Shown: positions 38,501 to 48,900 of the stretch, piece after piece | Layout of the letters: each line of letters opens with the position of its first letter | Numbering within the stretch: position 1 is the first letter of the stretch | Assembly (NCBI RefSeq): GCF_964213995.1 | Contig: NC_135830.1 | Coordinates: 17,050,001 to 17,114,000 of the forward strand | From: Mustelus asterias | Taxonomy: Eukaryota | Direction of reading: 5' to 3' | Length of the DNA: 64,000 nt | The notes under the pieces: generated by a model | What the model was told of the DNA's origin: nothing | The model's database searches: none | What the model saw: the letters and a program-made list of their open reading frames with translations, nothing else | Made by a program: the position numbers and the translations under genes

Positions 38501-39396
38501 CTCGCGTACCCCTGACAGAAGGTACGGACGTGAGTCTTGCCCACATCCCACCAGAGCCTCAAGGAGGGGAAGCCTCCCCGCTTCCTTCTCCAGCCGGCCC
38601 AGAATCGACGGAACGAGTCCAGGAAGCGCTCGTCCTCCAGCAGCGTGTTGTTAAAGTGCCAGTACGCGGACCCCCGCCGGATGCGAGACGGCGCAAAGTC
38701 CGCCCACACCAGGCTGTGGTCCGTGCTCGACACCAGCCGCATGGAGACCGAGGACACGCCGGACACGTGCGCCTTCGAAATGTAAAGGCGGTCGAGCCTG
38801 GACGCTCCGACTCCAGGCCTCACGAAAGTGAAGGCGCTGGAGCCAGGATGGAGATGTCTCCAGACGTCCACCAAGTCGTGAGACCCGATCAGGTCCCGCA
38901 ACTTCACCACCGCCGGAGTGCGCAGCCAGGGGCCGGTGCGGTCCCGTGCCTCGAGGATGCAGTTGAAATCTCCCCCGAGGATAATGCATTCGCCCCCCGC
39001 GATGGTGTCGATGTGAGCGGACACTTTCTCGTAGAAAGTCGTTTGCTGCGGTCCAGCGGTCGGGGCGTAGACATTCAGCAAGTGAATGACCACGCCCCCC
39101 TCACGGACCGTCAAGTGCAGCAACCGGCCTGGCACCGGCTCCTTGACCCCCAAGATCTCCGGCTTATAACGCGGGGCCAACAAGATAGCCACCCCGCAAG
39201 AAGCGAGCGTGAGGTGGCTCATGTAGACCCCCCCTCGCCACTCCAGGAGCCATTGGGCTTCGTCTCCCGGAACGGTGTGGGTTTCCTGCAGGAAACACAC
39301 CGCATACTTCCCGTCACGGAGGACCGAGAAGTTCTGGAACCTGCGGTGTGGCCCACTGCTGCCGTTGATGTTGAGGCTGGCTATGGTCACCTTCAT
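35503..39396 (-). CDS. Tx1 ORF2: APE endonuclease, reverse transcriptase and C-terminal zinc-binding region (1297 aa)
   Basis: SLNING, LQETH, GGDFN, SRLDRLY, TDHSLV, APGLDGL, NWRPVSLL, DQEKAFD, GVRQGCPLS, YADD, CPFCG..ESVDH. Confidence 0.95.
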   Translation of the reverse strand: MKVTIASLNINGSSGPHRRFQNFSVLRDGKYAVCFLQETHTVPGDEAQWLLEWRGGVYMSHLTLASCGVAILLAPRYKPEILGVKEPVPGRLLHLTVREGGVVIHLLNVYAPTAGPQQTTFYEKVSAHIDTIAGGECIILGGDFNCILEARDRTGPWLRTPAVVKLRDLIGSHDLVDVWRHLHPGSSAFTFVRPGVGASRLDRLYISKAHVSGVSSVSMRLVSSTDHSLVWADFAPSRIRRGSAYWHFNNTLLEDERFLDSFRRFWAGWRRKRGGFPSLRLWWDVGKTHVRTFCQGYARGSTKRRKSRLEELEKEVLDLEARLSRPDADPALRSEYREKKDALRDLQLARSRGAYVRSRLQFQVDLDRGSPFFYSLERGRANRQQLLTLLADDGSPVSDPEGIRAIAREYYTSLFSPDPSSEDARRLLWEDLPQVSPEGVGRLEAPTTMAELTGALNGLSRGKAPGLDGLTVEFFRAFWDVLGSDYAGVLGESVATGEMPLSWRRAVIALLPKKGDLHLLKNWRPVSLLSTDYKIFARAMASRLGSVLDHLIHPDQSYTVPGRCIHDNLHLVRDLIHHTQRAGLSGAFLSLDQEKAFDRVEHEYLLGTLRAFGFGTHFVARIRLLYSAAECLIKVNGSLTAPLRFGRGVRQGCPLSGQLYSVCVEPFLRLLRRRLSGLVLRGPDVGVVLSAYADDVLLMFTDPADLRRMRECQAVYSAASSARINWAKCSGLLVGPWETDPLPEELRPFTWSRTDLLYLGAHLCPAEESWPANWRELEAKVSARLSRWTGLLRVLSYGARARVINQLVASMLWYRLVPLTPPPGFVTDIQKTLERFFWGNRLHWVPAAVLYLPLEEGGQGLVCLRTQIATFRLQALQRYLYVEPPPQWCAMATYFFRQWHGLNYDVQLLHIELGRASTTLQELPVFYQDLLTVWNKVASRRSSPPSGVAALVREPLLRNPLLQPYNFRWLAERGAVDAGVTRIGDVLDGGGAGWMSPRVLAERVGTSVRRAAKAILDLRTVVLGPETARKLETAQACGGIPPERSPVRAEFHIGPKPQPPPLGEVPHSLSRLAEMPSVPFSTARRRFLCGLLLHTFHYRLLACRPDTPWRALLPPGGGGPRWRSLYGGISPNYVGDLGWRVMHAAVPHNRRIHWFTGSEDCPFCGLVESVDHVYVEWLRLHSLNVFLKNLLLMFCLHFSPTLLIYGHPVRRGEGRDGDLLVNLLLGLAKRAIYRSRQRAIEGAVHPDCLPLYRGYVRGQVSLEREHAVSTGEVDAFRARWAPQGLGCIIDPNNHILI

Positions 39397-39424
39397 GTCA
39401 GCAGCTTTGTGCCACCGTCACCAC

Positions 39425-41517
39425 TTAACTAGGTGTGTGGGGGGGCGCTGGCGCAATGCACGCCAGTCCACCCCCCACCTTTTCGAGCCTGTGGAGGAAC
39501 CGCAGTACCCAGCGCCGCTCTATTTTCTCCAGGCCCGCGGAGGCATGCGAGCATGCCTTCACGGACCGGACGAGCCGCGCCAGGTCCGGCCAGTGGCCGA
39601 GGGCTAGCCGGATTATGTCGGAGCGACCGGAATGGTTACGGATAAAGACCCTGAGGTCCTTGGAGGGGATGAGGGACGACTCGGTGGGGGGCACGAGGGA
39701 GTCCCCCGCCTCGCTCTGGGCAGACTCTGAAAGTGTCCCCGTGCCCTCCACCGAGCCGCTGACCTCCTCAGGGCGGTCGCCCCTCGACTCCGAGTCCCCC
39801 GCCGCAGGACGTACGGCGGGCGGCACGGAGCCACCAACTAGCCCTAGCCCCTCCCCGATCCCACCCCCAGGATCGGTGGAGGAGGGGTTCCCCCCGGGCT
39901 CACCTTTCCCGGATTGCGGGCCCCCGTGCGACGGCGGCCCAGCCGCCCCCCCCGCCCCAGACGCTTGGACACCCCCCAGGTCCGGTGTATCCTTCGGACT
40001 GAGGTTGGGGATGTCCAGCGTCCAAGGTCGGGACGGAGAGGACGAGTGGATCGTCTCTTCGCCGCCGCCGCACGAGGACGTGAACATTGGAGTGTCGCCC
40101 CAGTCCCCCGACAGACTGAAGAAGAACTCCGGGTTGTAACCGGCCGGGTGGAACGGAACCGTGGGGGCCCCGCTGCCACCCGGCCCCGGAGACTCCTCGC
40201 CGGGGGACTGAGGCAACACATGCTTCGATTTACAGGGTGCCTTGCCCCCTTTTTTCAGGGGACAAGGCACAAAGACAGGTGGGGGCACGGCAGGAGATGA
40301 CTCACAAGGGGGGAGGGGCACGCAGACCTCGAACTCTACGGTGCCCGAGGGGCCCCGCCTCTTTTTGTTAACCTGCCCTCGGGCAGGCGAGGCCCCTCGC
40401 CCTCCGCCCCTCTTCGCCTTGCCGCGCCCCCCCTGCTCTCCCGTCACTTCCCCCCGAGGTGGCGGCGTCGCCAGTTTTGCCGGCTCGGGGTCGCTTACCC
40501 CCCCATGCTCGGGCCCATGATCCCGGGTGCCGGACCCAGCACTAGGCCCAGGAGAGCCCACGGGCCCGGCAGATGGTGGTGGTGGGGGGGGGCGCAGGTG
40601 GAGACTGAGGCGGTCCCCGAGCCGGCTGCCGGGGTGGTTGGGGTGTCTTTCCTGGGGGCCGGGGTTCCGGTACCCCCCTTCTTTTTCGTGGGTCCCTTCT
40701 GGGCCTTTTGGCCGCGCGGGGGCTCCGCTCCCCCCCCGCCGGCAGCTGAGGTGGCAGCTGCTGCCGGCGTGGCCTCCCCTCGTGGGGGGGCAGATGGTAC
40801 TCGCTTGGGGGGAGAGGGGGCTGCGGTGCCAGCTGCGGCCGCCTTGGGTTGGTGGTCGGCGGCCTTGGAGACAGGGCAGTTTTTCCGCACGTGCCCCGCC
40901 TCCTTACAGGCATGGCACCGCACACCGTCCGCGGACCAAAAGACCCGGTACGTGGTCCCCTCGTGGGGGACATTGAACCCTCCCTCCAGTTCCTCCTCCC
41001 GGGCCAGGCGGACAAAAACCTGGCGCCGGAAGGAGTATATATGGCGGAGGGAGGGGTCCCGAAGGCCGAGCGGGATCGGCTGCACCCCGGACCTGACCTC
41101 CCCCAGTAGATAGAGGTGGGGGAGGAGGAGCTCACTCGGTAGGAAGGGCGGGACGTTCGATATTACTATCTTGTGGGCGGTGGCCTCCAAAGGGTCCACC
41201 GCCAGGAACGTCCCGCCCACCGTGAGCCCCTTTTCCAGGGCGAGGCGAACCGCCCGCTCGGCCTTCAGGAAGAATACGGCCCGGCCGTACATCTTTGAGG
41301 CCGCGACAATGGCTGAGGGGCCGACAACCCCAGCCATTGCCTTGACGCAGGCCTCAATAGACATGTCGGGGTGGGCGTAGCACTTCACCCCGAGCTGCCG
41401 CGTGATTAGGGAGAATGGTGGCAGGGCCTTGGGAGCGGCGGGGGCTCTGGCAGCCGCCACGCCCGCATAGGTGGGCCGAGAAGGCCCTGCCACCGGCGAC
41501 GCTGGTGATGTCGCCAT
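39425..41517 (-). CDS. Tx1 ORF1 (RNA-binding region, CCHC knuckle, long low-complexity tail), split by one frameshift near 40500-40600
   Basis: ORF 40495..41517 (IVAASKMYGRAVFFL, ISNVPPF, CHACKEAGHVRKNC) overlaps ORF 39425..40561. A G homopolymer lies at about 40583-40592. Confidence 0.8.
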
Positions 41518-41914
41518 GGTATCAAGGGAAGTGCTACGCCCATCCCGAGACTGCCCAGACGTACGGCAGGGCGTATGTGGGATGGGGACGATAAGGCAGG
41601 GTGGGGTAGGCGGGGAGGGGTGTAGGTGCTCTCTCCCCGGAGTGAGAGAGGGAGAGAGGAGGTTGGAGGAGCAGGAGGGAGACGAGGCACAAGGCCGGTG
41701 CCCCAGTCAGGAGGGAAAAAGGGGAGGGGGTGCCGGTCCCGGGGGCAGCAGCAGTGGGTAGGGGAATTAGGAAAAGGTCTTCACCCCCCCCACTGCAGAT
41801 GGAAAAGAGACAGTCCAAACGCCTTCGTTCGCCCCCCCCCCCCCCCTTCTCCTCCAGTCACTCCCTGTCCTCTCTTCCTCCCTCCCCCCGGGGAGAGCGC
41901 ACCCTCCAGAGGCC

Positions 41915-42290
41915 AGATGGCAGGCAAGCAGGCAGTCAGGCAGTCCAGACGGCAGGCAGGCCAGACGGCAAGCAGGCAGGCAGGTAGTCCAGACGGCAGG
42001 CAGGCAGGCAGTCCAGACGGCAGGCAGGCAGGTAGGTAAGCAGGCCAGACGGCAGGCAGGCAGGTAAGCAGGCCAAACGACAGGCAGGCAGGTAAGCAGG
42101 CCAGACGGCAGGCAGGCAGGTAAGCAGGCCAGACGGAAGGCAGGCAGGTAAGCAGGCCAGACGGCAGGCAGGCAGGTAAGCAGGCCAGACGGCAGGCAGG
42201 CAGGTAAGCAGGCCAGACGGCAGGCAGGCAGGTAAGCAGGCCAGACGGCAGGCAGGCAGGCAACAGGCAGGCCGGGCAAGGCAGGCAGCA
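41915..42290. repeat. 28-bp tandem repeat (GGCAGGCAGGCAGGTAAGCAGGCCAGAC)n in the Tx1 5'UTR
   Basis: GTAAG recurs with 28-bp period from about 42036 to 42232. Confidence 0.9.
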
Positions 42291-42479
42291 GCTCACCTCC
42301 CTCCTTCCTCCCCGCAGGGAGCCAAGAACAAACAAACAAAACAAAAACAAACAGAACCGGGCGTCTTCTTAAACAAACCCACCCCGGAAACAAAGTGCAG
42401 GCGCTGCCCCAGGGGAGGCACGTTTCAGGCCGTCTGAAGCTCAATTCTCACTCAGACCGAGAGCAGCAGCAGCTTTGCT

Positions 42480-42895
42480 GGGCAGGAATGAGCAGCTGAA
42501 CAAGCTCATTGTCCACTTCCGCATTCATACAATGGGGGAGCTCTGATTGGCTGGAGGACCAAAGAACTTCTGGTCCTCCAGAGTTTCCATTGGTCAATCC
42601 CCCGCTGACAGACAATGAGGGGCGGAGCCCCACGTGGGGGTGGGCGGGACTTTGTGCTCAAGCCGCGCTGAGCTGTTGTCCAATGGGAAAGGCTGGAAGA
42701 TCCGGACAGACAATGGTGAGTGCGCCGGCTTTGTCCCGGGCCCCGCCCCACATCCGCACATGCGCATTCCCCCCAAAATACGCACATGCGCACCTTTGAT
42801 TCAGGGCCCCTTCCTAGCTCTGGCCAATAGGAAGAGTTGGAGGACCGGAAGGACTCTGGTCCTCCCGCCATTGAGAGCGCGGGCCTTGTGTGAAT
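42480..42895. promoter_or_regulatory. CpG-island promoter, probably bidirectional
   Basis: Several CCAAT/ATTGG boxes, GC boxes, two GCACATGCGCA (NRF1-like), ACTTCCG (ETS) and two GGAGGACC...GGTCCTCC palindromes. Same architecture as 63400-63860. Confidence 0.75.
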
Positions 42896-42950
42896 GAAGA
42901 TGGAGTTTCAGAGAGAGTCAAAGTTTCTCCTGTCGTCCACATCTGTGAGT
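42890..42950 (+). other. Inferred first exon and 5' splice donor (CCACATCT|GTGAGT) of the ZNF gene at 53.4 kb
   Basis: Follows the promoter. The sequence resuming at 50543 is homologous to that after ACATCT at 9687-9810, upstream of the paralogous ZNF. Confidence 0.6.
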
Positions 42951-45900
42951 GGGAAAGATTGGACTGTCCAGCCAGTCCACCATATTGGCCGTTCGCTTTG
43001 CGTGTTGGCCAGTATAGTGTGCTCCAGGCAGGGGGCGGGCAGAGGATAAGGAGTTCAAGGCGGGCTTAATGCGCGCCTTGCGGTGAGCTTTTGGAAATGT
43101 GGCCGCTGGGAGGAACGCCTTGGTCGGCGTGAAGTTTCTGTTTCAAGTGCTTGGGTTCGTGACTTGTGCAAGAACTTTTTGTTTCGGCTGGGGCTTGTTG
43201 AATGCTGCTCTCGCTGGGATTCCTGTGCCTTGAAAGGCGTGGCCCGGGTGGATGCAATCTCGGAAGACCCAAGCCAGGGAGGAGCCATTTGGGAACTATG
43301 GTTTCGGAAGGTTCAGCCGCGGAAGGTGTGACCCCAGACGGTGCAGCCCCAGTGGGTGTGATTTTGGAAGTTCTGGCCCGGAGTGGTGGACTTTGGAGGA
43401 CTGTAGTTGAGCGTTGTCGACTTCGGACGGTGGAATGTTGATGGGCGAAGCTCTGGAAGGCGATGCCTCCGAAATGTTTCACAATTGTTCATGGATTGTT
43501 TGTTATTGTAATATGTGGTTTTCCTGTTATGATAGTTGGTGGTTTGTTCCGGCCCCCGTCTATTTTCTTGCGTTATTTGTGGCCTGGGGGGCATCCCCCC
43601 CTGGATAGAGTCACCCCCGGGGGGTGTGACATCCACTTGGGGAAAGTTCTGGGTGGTGAAGCCCCGGACATAGTAACACCAGAGGGATTTTTATTCTCCG
43701 GGAGAAAAATTGGGAAGGCAGGCCCGAACTGAGTACCCTGGAGAGACTCTCCCACCGCCCCGGCTGAAATTCCGGAAGGCAGTCCGGATTGAGTAGGCGG
43801 GGTGGTTTCCCCATTTCCCCCCTCTGGCTGAACATCCGTAAGGTGTAACCCCCGGATATGAGTACCACTGGAGGGTTGCATCCCCCGGCAGGTGGACAAA
43901 CCCAGGGGACGGTGCCCTTATGCTTCAGTGTTTATTTTTTTGTTGTGTACAGTTGTAGTGTTGTTAATGTTTGTAGATTTGTAGATTATGATTTGTAAAT
44001 GGAGGTGTATTTTGAGGGCAATGCCCTGGAAAACTGTAATTGACGATGAACCCTTCCGAAATGGAAGGTAGTAATTGATAAATGGATGGTGTTAGCCATC
44101 GGTAATGTATTTTTCATGAATTGTTTGTTATTGTAATATGTGGTTTTCCTGTTATGATAGTTGGTGGTTTGTTCCGGCCCCCGTCTATTTTCTTGCGTTA
44201 TTTGTGGCCTGGGGGGCATCCCCCCCTGGATAAAGTCACCCCCGGGGGGTGTGACATCCACTTGGGGAAAGTTCTGGGTGGTGAAGCCCCGGTCATAGTA
44301 ACACCAGAGGGATTTTTATTCTCCGGGAGAAAAATTGGGAAGGCAGGCCCGAACTGAGTACCCTGGAGAGACTCTCCCACCGCCCCGGCTGAAATTCCGG
44401 AAGGGATTCCGGATTGAGTAGGCGGGGTGGTTTCCCCCATTTCCCCCCTCCGGCTGAACATCCGTAAGGTGTAACCCCCGGATATGAGTACCACTGGAGG
44501 GTTGCATCCCCCGGCAGGTGGACAAACCCAGGGGACGGTGCCCTTATGCTTCAGTGTTTATTTTTTGTGTACAGTTGTAGTGTGTTAATGTTTGTAGATT
44601 TGTAGATTATGATTTGTAAATGGAGGTGTATTTTGAGGGCAATGCCCTGGAAAACTGTAATTGACGATGAACCCTTCCGAAATGGAAGGTAGTAACTGAT
44701 AAATGGATGGCGTTAGCCATTGGTAATGTATTTTTTTCACATTTGTTCTTTGTGTATTTGTAATTGTTTTGTATTAACGTATTTGTAATAAACAAAAAGA
44801 AATCCACATCTGTGAGTGGGAAAGATTGGACTGTCCAGCCAGTCCACCATATTGGCCGTTCGCTTTGCGTGTTGGCCAGTATAGTGTGCTCCAGGCAGGG
44901 GGCGGGCAGAGGATAAGGAGTTCAAGGCGGGCTTAATGCGCGCCTTGCGGTGAGCTTTTGGAAATGTGGCCGCTGGGAGGAACGCCTTGGTCGGCGTGAA
45001 GTTTCTGTTTCAAGTGCTTGGGTTCGTGACTTGTGCAAGAACTTTTTGTTTCGGCTGGGGCTTGTTGAATGCTGCTCTCGCTGGGATTCCTGTGCCTTGA
45101 AAGGCGTGGCCCGGGTGGATGCAATCTCGGAAGACCCAAGCCAGGGAGGAGCCATTTGGGAACTATGGTTTCGGAAGGTTCAGCCGCGGAAGGTGTGACC
45201 CCAGACGGTGCAGCCCCAGTGGGTGTGATTTTGGAAGTTCTGGCCCGGAGTGGTGGACTTTGGAGGACTGTAGTTGAGCGTTGTCGACTTCGGACGGTGG
45301 AATGTTGATGGGCGAAGCTCTGGAAGGCGATGCCTCCGAAATGTTTCACAATTGTATGGTTGTTCATGGATTGTTTGTTATTGTAATATGTGGTTTTCCT
45401 GTTATGATAGTTGGTGGTTCCGGCCCCCGTCTATTTTCTTGCGTTATTGTGGCCTGGGGGGCATCCCCCCCTGGATGGAGTCACCCCCGGGGGGTGTGAC
45501 ATCCACTTGGGAAAATGCTCTGGGTGGTGAAGCCCCGGACATAGTAACACCAGAGGGATTTTTATTCTCCGGGAGAAAAATTGGGAAGGCAGGCCCGAAC
45601 TGAGTACCCTGGAGAGACTCTCCCACCGCCCCGGCTGAAATTCCGGAAGGCAGTCCGGATTGAGTAGGCGGGGTGGTTTCCCCATTTCCCCCCTCCGGCT
45701 GAACATCCGTAAGGTGTAACCCCCGGATATGAGTACCACTGGAGGGTTGCATCCCCCGGCAGGTGGACAAACCCAGGGGACGGTGCCCTTATGCTTCAGT
45801 GTTTATTTTTTTGTTGTGTACAGTTGTAGTGTTGTTAATGTTTGTAGATTTGTAGATTATGATTTGTAAATGGAGGTGTATTTTGAGGGCAATGCCCTGG

Positions 45901-48900
45901 AAAACTGTAATTGACGATGAACCCTTCCGAAATGGAAGGTAGTAATTGATAAATGGATGGTGTCAGCCATCGGTAATGTATTTTTCATGGATTGTTTGTT
46001 ATTGTAATATGTGGTTTTCCTGTTATGATAGTTGGTGGTTTGTTCCGGCCCCCGTCTATTTTTTTGCGTTATTTGTGGCCTGGGGGGCATCCCCCCCTGG
46101 AAAAAGTCACCCCCGGGGGGTGTGACATCCACTTGGGGAAAGTTCTGGGTGGTGAAGCCCCGGACATAGTAACACCAGAGGGATTTTTATTCTCCGGGAG
46201 AAAAATTGGGAAGGCAGGCCCGAACTGAGTACCCTGGAGAGACTCTCCCACCGCCCCGGCTGAAATTCCGGAAGGAATTCCGGATTGAGTAGGCGGGGTG
46301 GTTTCCCCCATTTCCCCCCTCCGGCTGAACATCCGTAAGGTGTAACCCCCGGATATGAGTACCACTGGAGGGTTGCATCCCCCGGCAGGTGGACAAACCC
46401 AGGGGACGGTGCCCTTATGCTTCAGTGTTTATTTTTTTGTTGTGTACAGTTGTAGTGTTGTTAATGTTTGTAGATTTGTAGATTATGATTTGTAAATGGA
46501 GGTGTATTTTGAGGGCAATGCCCTGGAAAACTGTAATTGACGATGAACCCTTCCGAAATGGAAGGTAGTAACTGATAAATGGATGGCGTTAGCCATTGGT
46601 AATGTATTTTTTTTCACATTTGTTCTTTGTGTATTTGTAATTGTTTTGTATTAACGTATTTGTAATAAACAAAAAGAAAGCCAAAAAAAAAAAAAAAAAA
46701 AGATGGAGTTTCAGAGAGAGTCAAAGTTTCTCCTGTCGTCCACATCTGTGAGTGGGAAAGATTGGATTGTCCAGCCAGTCCGCCATATTGGCCGTTCGCT
46801 TTGCGTGTTGGCCAGTATAGTGTGCTCCAGGCAGGGGGCGGGCAGAGGATAAGGAGTTCAAGGCGGGCTTAATGCGCGCCTTGCGGTGAGCTTTTGGAAA
46901 TGTGGCCGCTGGGAGGAACGCCTTGGTCGGCGTGAAGTTTCTGTTTCAAGTGCTTGGGTTCGTGACTTGTGCAAGAACTTTTTGTTTCGGCTGGGGCTTG
47001 TTGAATGCTGCTCTCGCTGGGATTCCTGTGCCTTGAAAGGTGTGGCCCGGGTGGATGCAGTCTCGGAAGACCCAAGCCAGGGAGGAGCCATTTTGGAACT
47101 ATGGTTTCGGAAGGTTCAGCCGCGGAAGGTGTGACCCCAGACGGTGCAGCCCCAGTGGGTGTGATTTTGGAAGATCTGGCCCGGAGTGGTGGACTTTGGA
47201 GGACTGTAGTTGAGCGTTGTCGACTTCGGACGGTGGAATGTTGATGGGCGAAGCTCTGGAAGGCGATGCCTCCGAAATGTTTCACAATTGTATGGTTGTT
47301 CATGGATTGTTTGTTATTGTAATATGTGGTTTTCCTGTTATGATAGTTGGTGGTTTGTTCCGGCCCCCGTCTATTTTCTTGCGTTATTTGTGGCCTGGGG
47401 GGCATCCCCCCCTGGATGGAGTCACCCCCGGGGGGTGTGACATCCACTTGGGGAAAGTTCTGGGTGGTGAAGCCCCGGACATAGTAACACCAGAGGGATT
47501 TTTATTCTCCGGGAGAAAAATTGGGAAGGCAGGCCCGAACTGAGTACCCTGGAGAGACTCTCCCACCGCCCCGGCTGAAATTCCGGAAGGCAGTCCGGAT
47601 TGAGTAGGTGGGGTGGTTTCCCCCATTTCCCCCCTCCGGCTGAACATCCGTAAGGTGTAACCCCCGGATATGAGTACCACTGGAGGGTTGCATCCCCCGG
47701 CAGGTGGACAAACCCAGGGGACGGTGCCCTTATGCTTCAGTGTTTATTTTTTTGTTGTGTACAGTTGTAGTGTTGTTAATGTTTGTAGATTTGTAGATTA
47801 TGATTTGTAAATGGAGGTGTATTTTGAGGGCAATGCCCTGGAAAACTGTAATTGACGATGAACCCTTCCGAAATGGAAGGTAGTAATTGATAAATGGATG
47901 GTGTTAGCCATCGGTAATGTATTTTTCATGAATTGTTTGTTATTGTAATATGTGGTTTTCCTGTTATGATAGTTGGTGGTTTGTTCCGGCCCCCGTCTAT
48001 TTTCTTGCGTTATTTGTGGCCTGGGGGGGCATCCCCCCCTGGATAAAGTCACCCCCGGGGGGTGTGACATCCACTTGGGGAAAGTTCTGGGTGGTGAAGC
48101 CCCGGACATAGTAACACCAGAGGGATTTTTATTCTCCGGGAGAAAAATTGGGAAGGCAGGCCCGAACTGAGTACCCTGGAGAGACTCTCCCACCGCCCCG
48201 GCTGAAATTCCGGAAGGGATTCCGGATTGAGTAGGCGGGGTGGTTTCCCCCATTTCCCCCCTCCGACTGAACATCCGTAAGGTGTAACCCCCGGATATGA
48301 GTACCACTGGAGGGTTGCATCCCCCGGCAGGTGGACAAACCCAGGGGACGGTGCCCTTATGCTTCAGTGTTTATTTTTTGTTGTGTACAGTTGTAGTGTT
48401 GTGTTCATGTTTGTAGATTTGTAGATTATAATTTGTAAATAGAGGTGTATTTTGAGGGCAGGGCCCTGGAAAACTGTAATTGACGATGAACCCTTCCGAA
48501 ATGGAAGGTAGTAACTGATAAATGGATGGCGTTAGCCATTGGTAATGTATTTTTTTCACATTTGTTCTTTGTGTATTTGTAATTGTTTTGTATTAACGTA
48601 TTTGTAATAAACAAAAAGAAAGCCACATCTGTGAGTGGGAAAGATTGGATTGTCCAGCCAGTCCACCATATTGGCCGTTCGCTTTGCGTGTTGGCCAGTA
48701 TAGTGTGCTCCAGGCAGGGGGCGGGCAGAGGATAAGGAGTTCAAGGCGGGCTTAATGCGCGCCTTGCGGTGAGCTTTTGGAAATGTGGCCGCTGGGAGGA
48801 ACGCCTTGGTCGGCGTGAAGTTTCTGTTTCAAGTGCTTGGGTTCGTGACTTGTGCAAGAACTTTTTGTTTCGGCTGGGGCTTGTTGAATGCTGCTCTCGC

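Larger units (their letters stand above)
35377..42446 (-). mobile_element. Full-length Tx1-clade (L1 group) non-LTR retrotransposon, about 7.07 kb
   Basis: 5'UTR with tandem repeats, CCHC ORF1, intact APE-RT ORF2 and a short 3'UTR ending TTTGACCTAAAAAGAG. GC/CpG-rich, consistent with a young insertion. Confidence 0.9.

Noticed and set aside
35515-41380. Many + strand and alternative-frame ORFs over the Tx1
   Set aside because: Shadow ORFs expected in GC-rich coding DNA; no recognisable domains.
41626-42444. LPACLP/GRQA-repeat ORFs
   Set aside because: Translations of the Tx1 5'UTR tandem repeat.
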